Assembly (NCBI GenBank): GCA_963705305.1
Contig: OY970067.1
Location: forward strand, 1,856,001-1,920,000
Length of the DNA: 64,000 nt
Origin: an uncultured Methylomirabilota bacterium
Lineage (GTDB): Bacteria; Methylomirabilota; Methylomirabilia; Methylomirabilales; 2-02-FULL-66-22
Reading direction: 5' to 3'
Positions 62,266 to 64,000 of this stretch are shown here, one piece after another. Below the pieces are notes generated by a model that saw only the letters and a program-made list of their open reading frames with translations, had not been told where the DNA came from and did no database searches. Made by a program: the position numbers and the translations under genes. Each line of letters starts with the position of its first letter. Positions within the stretch are counted from its first letter, which is position 1.

Positions 62266-64000
62266 ATGCAGCCTATCGTCGCCGCGTCGTTCGTCGAGCG
62301 CAGCGCGGATGGCGCGCGGTTCGCGCTGCAAGACGGGTGGCAGTGCCGCATCTTTGTTCTCGCGAACGATCTCGTGCGTGTGCTGTTCCTTCCGCCGGAA
62401 GGACTGCGCGAGCCGCGCACGTGGATGGTCGCGCCCAACGGCGGCGACGTGCCTTGGGAGGGGCGCGATCGGCTCGACGTTGCGGCGTTCGAGCGTCCGG
62501 CGTTCGATGTCGAAACCGGCGAGCGCGAGGTCGTCCTGCAAACGCCCGCGTTGCGGGTCGCGGCGCGGCTCGATCCGTTCGGGCTCGAATGGTCGGCGCG
62601 AGGCGCCGGGCGCTTCGCAGCCGATCGCCCTACCTCGGCCTATCAGTGGAGTCCTCAGAGCGGGACGCTGCGCCACTTCATGGTCCGCCAATCCGACGAC
62701 CGCTACTTCGGGCTGGGCGACAAGACCGGCCCGCTCGACAAGCACGGGCGGCGACTTCGCACGCTCGCGCTCGATGCGCTTGGCTACGACGCCGAGACGA
62801 GCGATCCGCTGTACAAGCACTGGCCGTATCTCATCGTGTGCGACGCGACCAGCAACGTGGCGTACGGGCTCTTCTACGACACGCTGTCAAGCGCGACGTT
62901 CGACCTCGGCTGCGAACACGACAACTACCACGGCTTCTACCGCTATTGCGAGATCGAGGACGGCGACCTCGACTACTACGTCTCCGTCGGCCCTGCCGTC
63001 CGCGACGTCGTGCGCAAGTTCGCCGAGCTGACCGGCCGGATGGCGTTCGGCCCCCGCTGGAGCCTGGGCTACGCGAACACGGCCATGAGCCTTACCGACG
63101 CGCCGGATGCGCAGGCGCGACTGTCGGATTTCATCGGCACAGCCTCGCAAAAGGACATCCCGATCAGCGCGTTCCACTTCGGCTCGGGGTACAGCAGCGT
63201 CGGTCCTCGCCGGTACGTCTTCACATGGAACCGCAGCAAGTTTCCGGATCCCCACGCGCTCGTCGGCCAGTTCGAGCGCGCCGGGATCCGGCTCGTCGCG
63301 AACGTCAAGCCCTGCCTGCTCGACGATCATCCCGCATTCGCAGAGGTCGCGGCGCGCAACGCGTTCGTCAACAAGGCGGGAGGCGGCGAGCCTTCGATCA
63401 GCCAGTTCTGGGATGGCCAGGGCGCGCATATCGACTTCACGCATCCCGAGGGGGTCCGGTGGTGGCAGGAGTCGCTCGCGCGCCAGCTGCTCGACTACGG
63501 CATCCTGGGCTGGAACGACAACAACGAGTACGAGATCTGGGACGAGGCGGCCGCGTCGCACGGATTCGGCCGGCCAATACCGATCGCGCGATCGCGCCCG
63601 CTGCAGCCGCTGCTGATGACACGTGCGAGCTACGAGGCGCAGGCGGCGCGCTTCCCGGGCGAGCGCGTCTTCACGGTGACGCGGTCGGGGCCGCCGGGCA
63701 TCCAGCGCTACGCGCAGACATGGTCGGGGGACAATGCGACCTCGTGGCGCACGCTGCGCTGGAACATCCGCATGGGCCTGACGATGGGTCTGTCGGGCAT
63801 GTTCAACGTCGGCCACGACGTCGGCGGCTTCGCCGGCCCCGTTCCCGATCCCGAGCTGCTCGTGCGATGGGTGCAGAGCGCGACGTTCAGCCCCCGCTTC
63901 ATCATGAACTCGTGGAAGGCCGGCGGCGAGGTGAACACGCCGTGGTTGCATGAGAGCGTGACGTCGATCATCCGCGACTGGATTCGGCTGCGCTACCGGC
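62266..64000 (+). CDS. GH31 alpha-glucosidase, 3'-partial (missing from the ORF track)
   Basis: Open frame from ATG 62266: YFGLGDK, DPLYK, WNDNNEY, WSGDN, GHDVGGF. Confidence 0.9.
   Translation, partial: MQPIVAASFVERSADGARFALQDGWQCRIFVLANDLVRVLFLPPEGLREPRTWMVAPNGGDVPWEGRDRLDVAAFERPAFDVETGEREVVLQTPALRVAARLDPFGLEWSARGAGRFAADRPTSAYQWSPQSGTLRHFMVRQSDDRYFGLGDKTGPLDKHGRRLRTLALDALGYDAETSDPLYKHWPYLIVCDATSNVAYGLFYDTLSSATFDLGCEHDNYHGFYRYCEIEDGDLDYYVSVGPAVRDVVRKFAELTGRMAFGPRWSLGYANTAMSLTDAPDAQARLSDFIGTASQKDIPISAFHFGSGYSSVGPRRYVFTWNRSKFPDPHALVGQFERAGIRLVANVKPCLLDDHPAFAEVAARNAFVNKAGGGEPSISQFWDGQGAHIDFTHPEGVRWWQESLARQLLDYGILGWNDNNEYEIWDEAAASHGFGRPIPIARSRPLQPLLMTRASYEAQAARFPGERVFTVTRSGPPGIQRYAQTWSGDNATSWRTLRWNIRMGLTMGLSGMFNVGHDVGGFAGPVPDPELLVRWVQSATFSPRFIMNSWKAGGEVNTPWLHESVTSIIRDWIRLRYR

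Overview
GC-rich bacterial accessory region. The lineage cannot be determined from the sequence alone; the gene content loosely recalls Methylomirabilota/Rokubacteria. From 1 to ~42.7 kb essentially all real genes are on the + strand. They form a patchwork of toxin-antitoxin pairs (2x BrnTA, HicAB), an integron-type attC cassette, an IS21, a type I R-M locus, a methyltransferase-dGTPase fusion, a Ser/Thr kinase, two nuclease-like genes, an IS1380, orphan transporter genes and gene relics. These genes are punctuated by two families of dispersed repeats: an AAAAGGTACCGGACA hairpin and GGGGAC-terminated modules. A complete group II intron (20271-22269) sits in the AAAAGGTACCGGAC(A/G) repeat. Its candidate EBS1 loop is complementary to that repeat, and about 9 more intron 5'-end stubs sit at the same register in other copies. 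The right part holds a UGSC selenoprotein, RelE/Phd, ilvE, a TRAP transporter and a sugar ABC/dehydrogenase/methyltransferase operon, and ends in a partial GH31 gene. Four single-base frameshifts may be assembly errors. All family calls come from motif recognition by eye; no searches were run.
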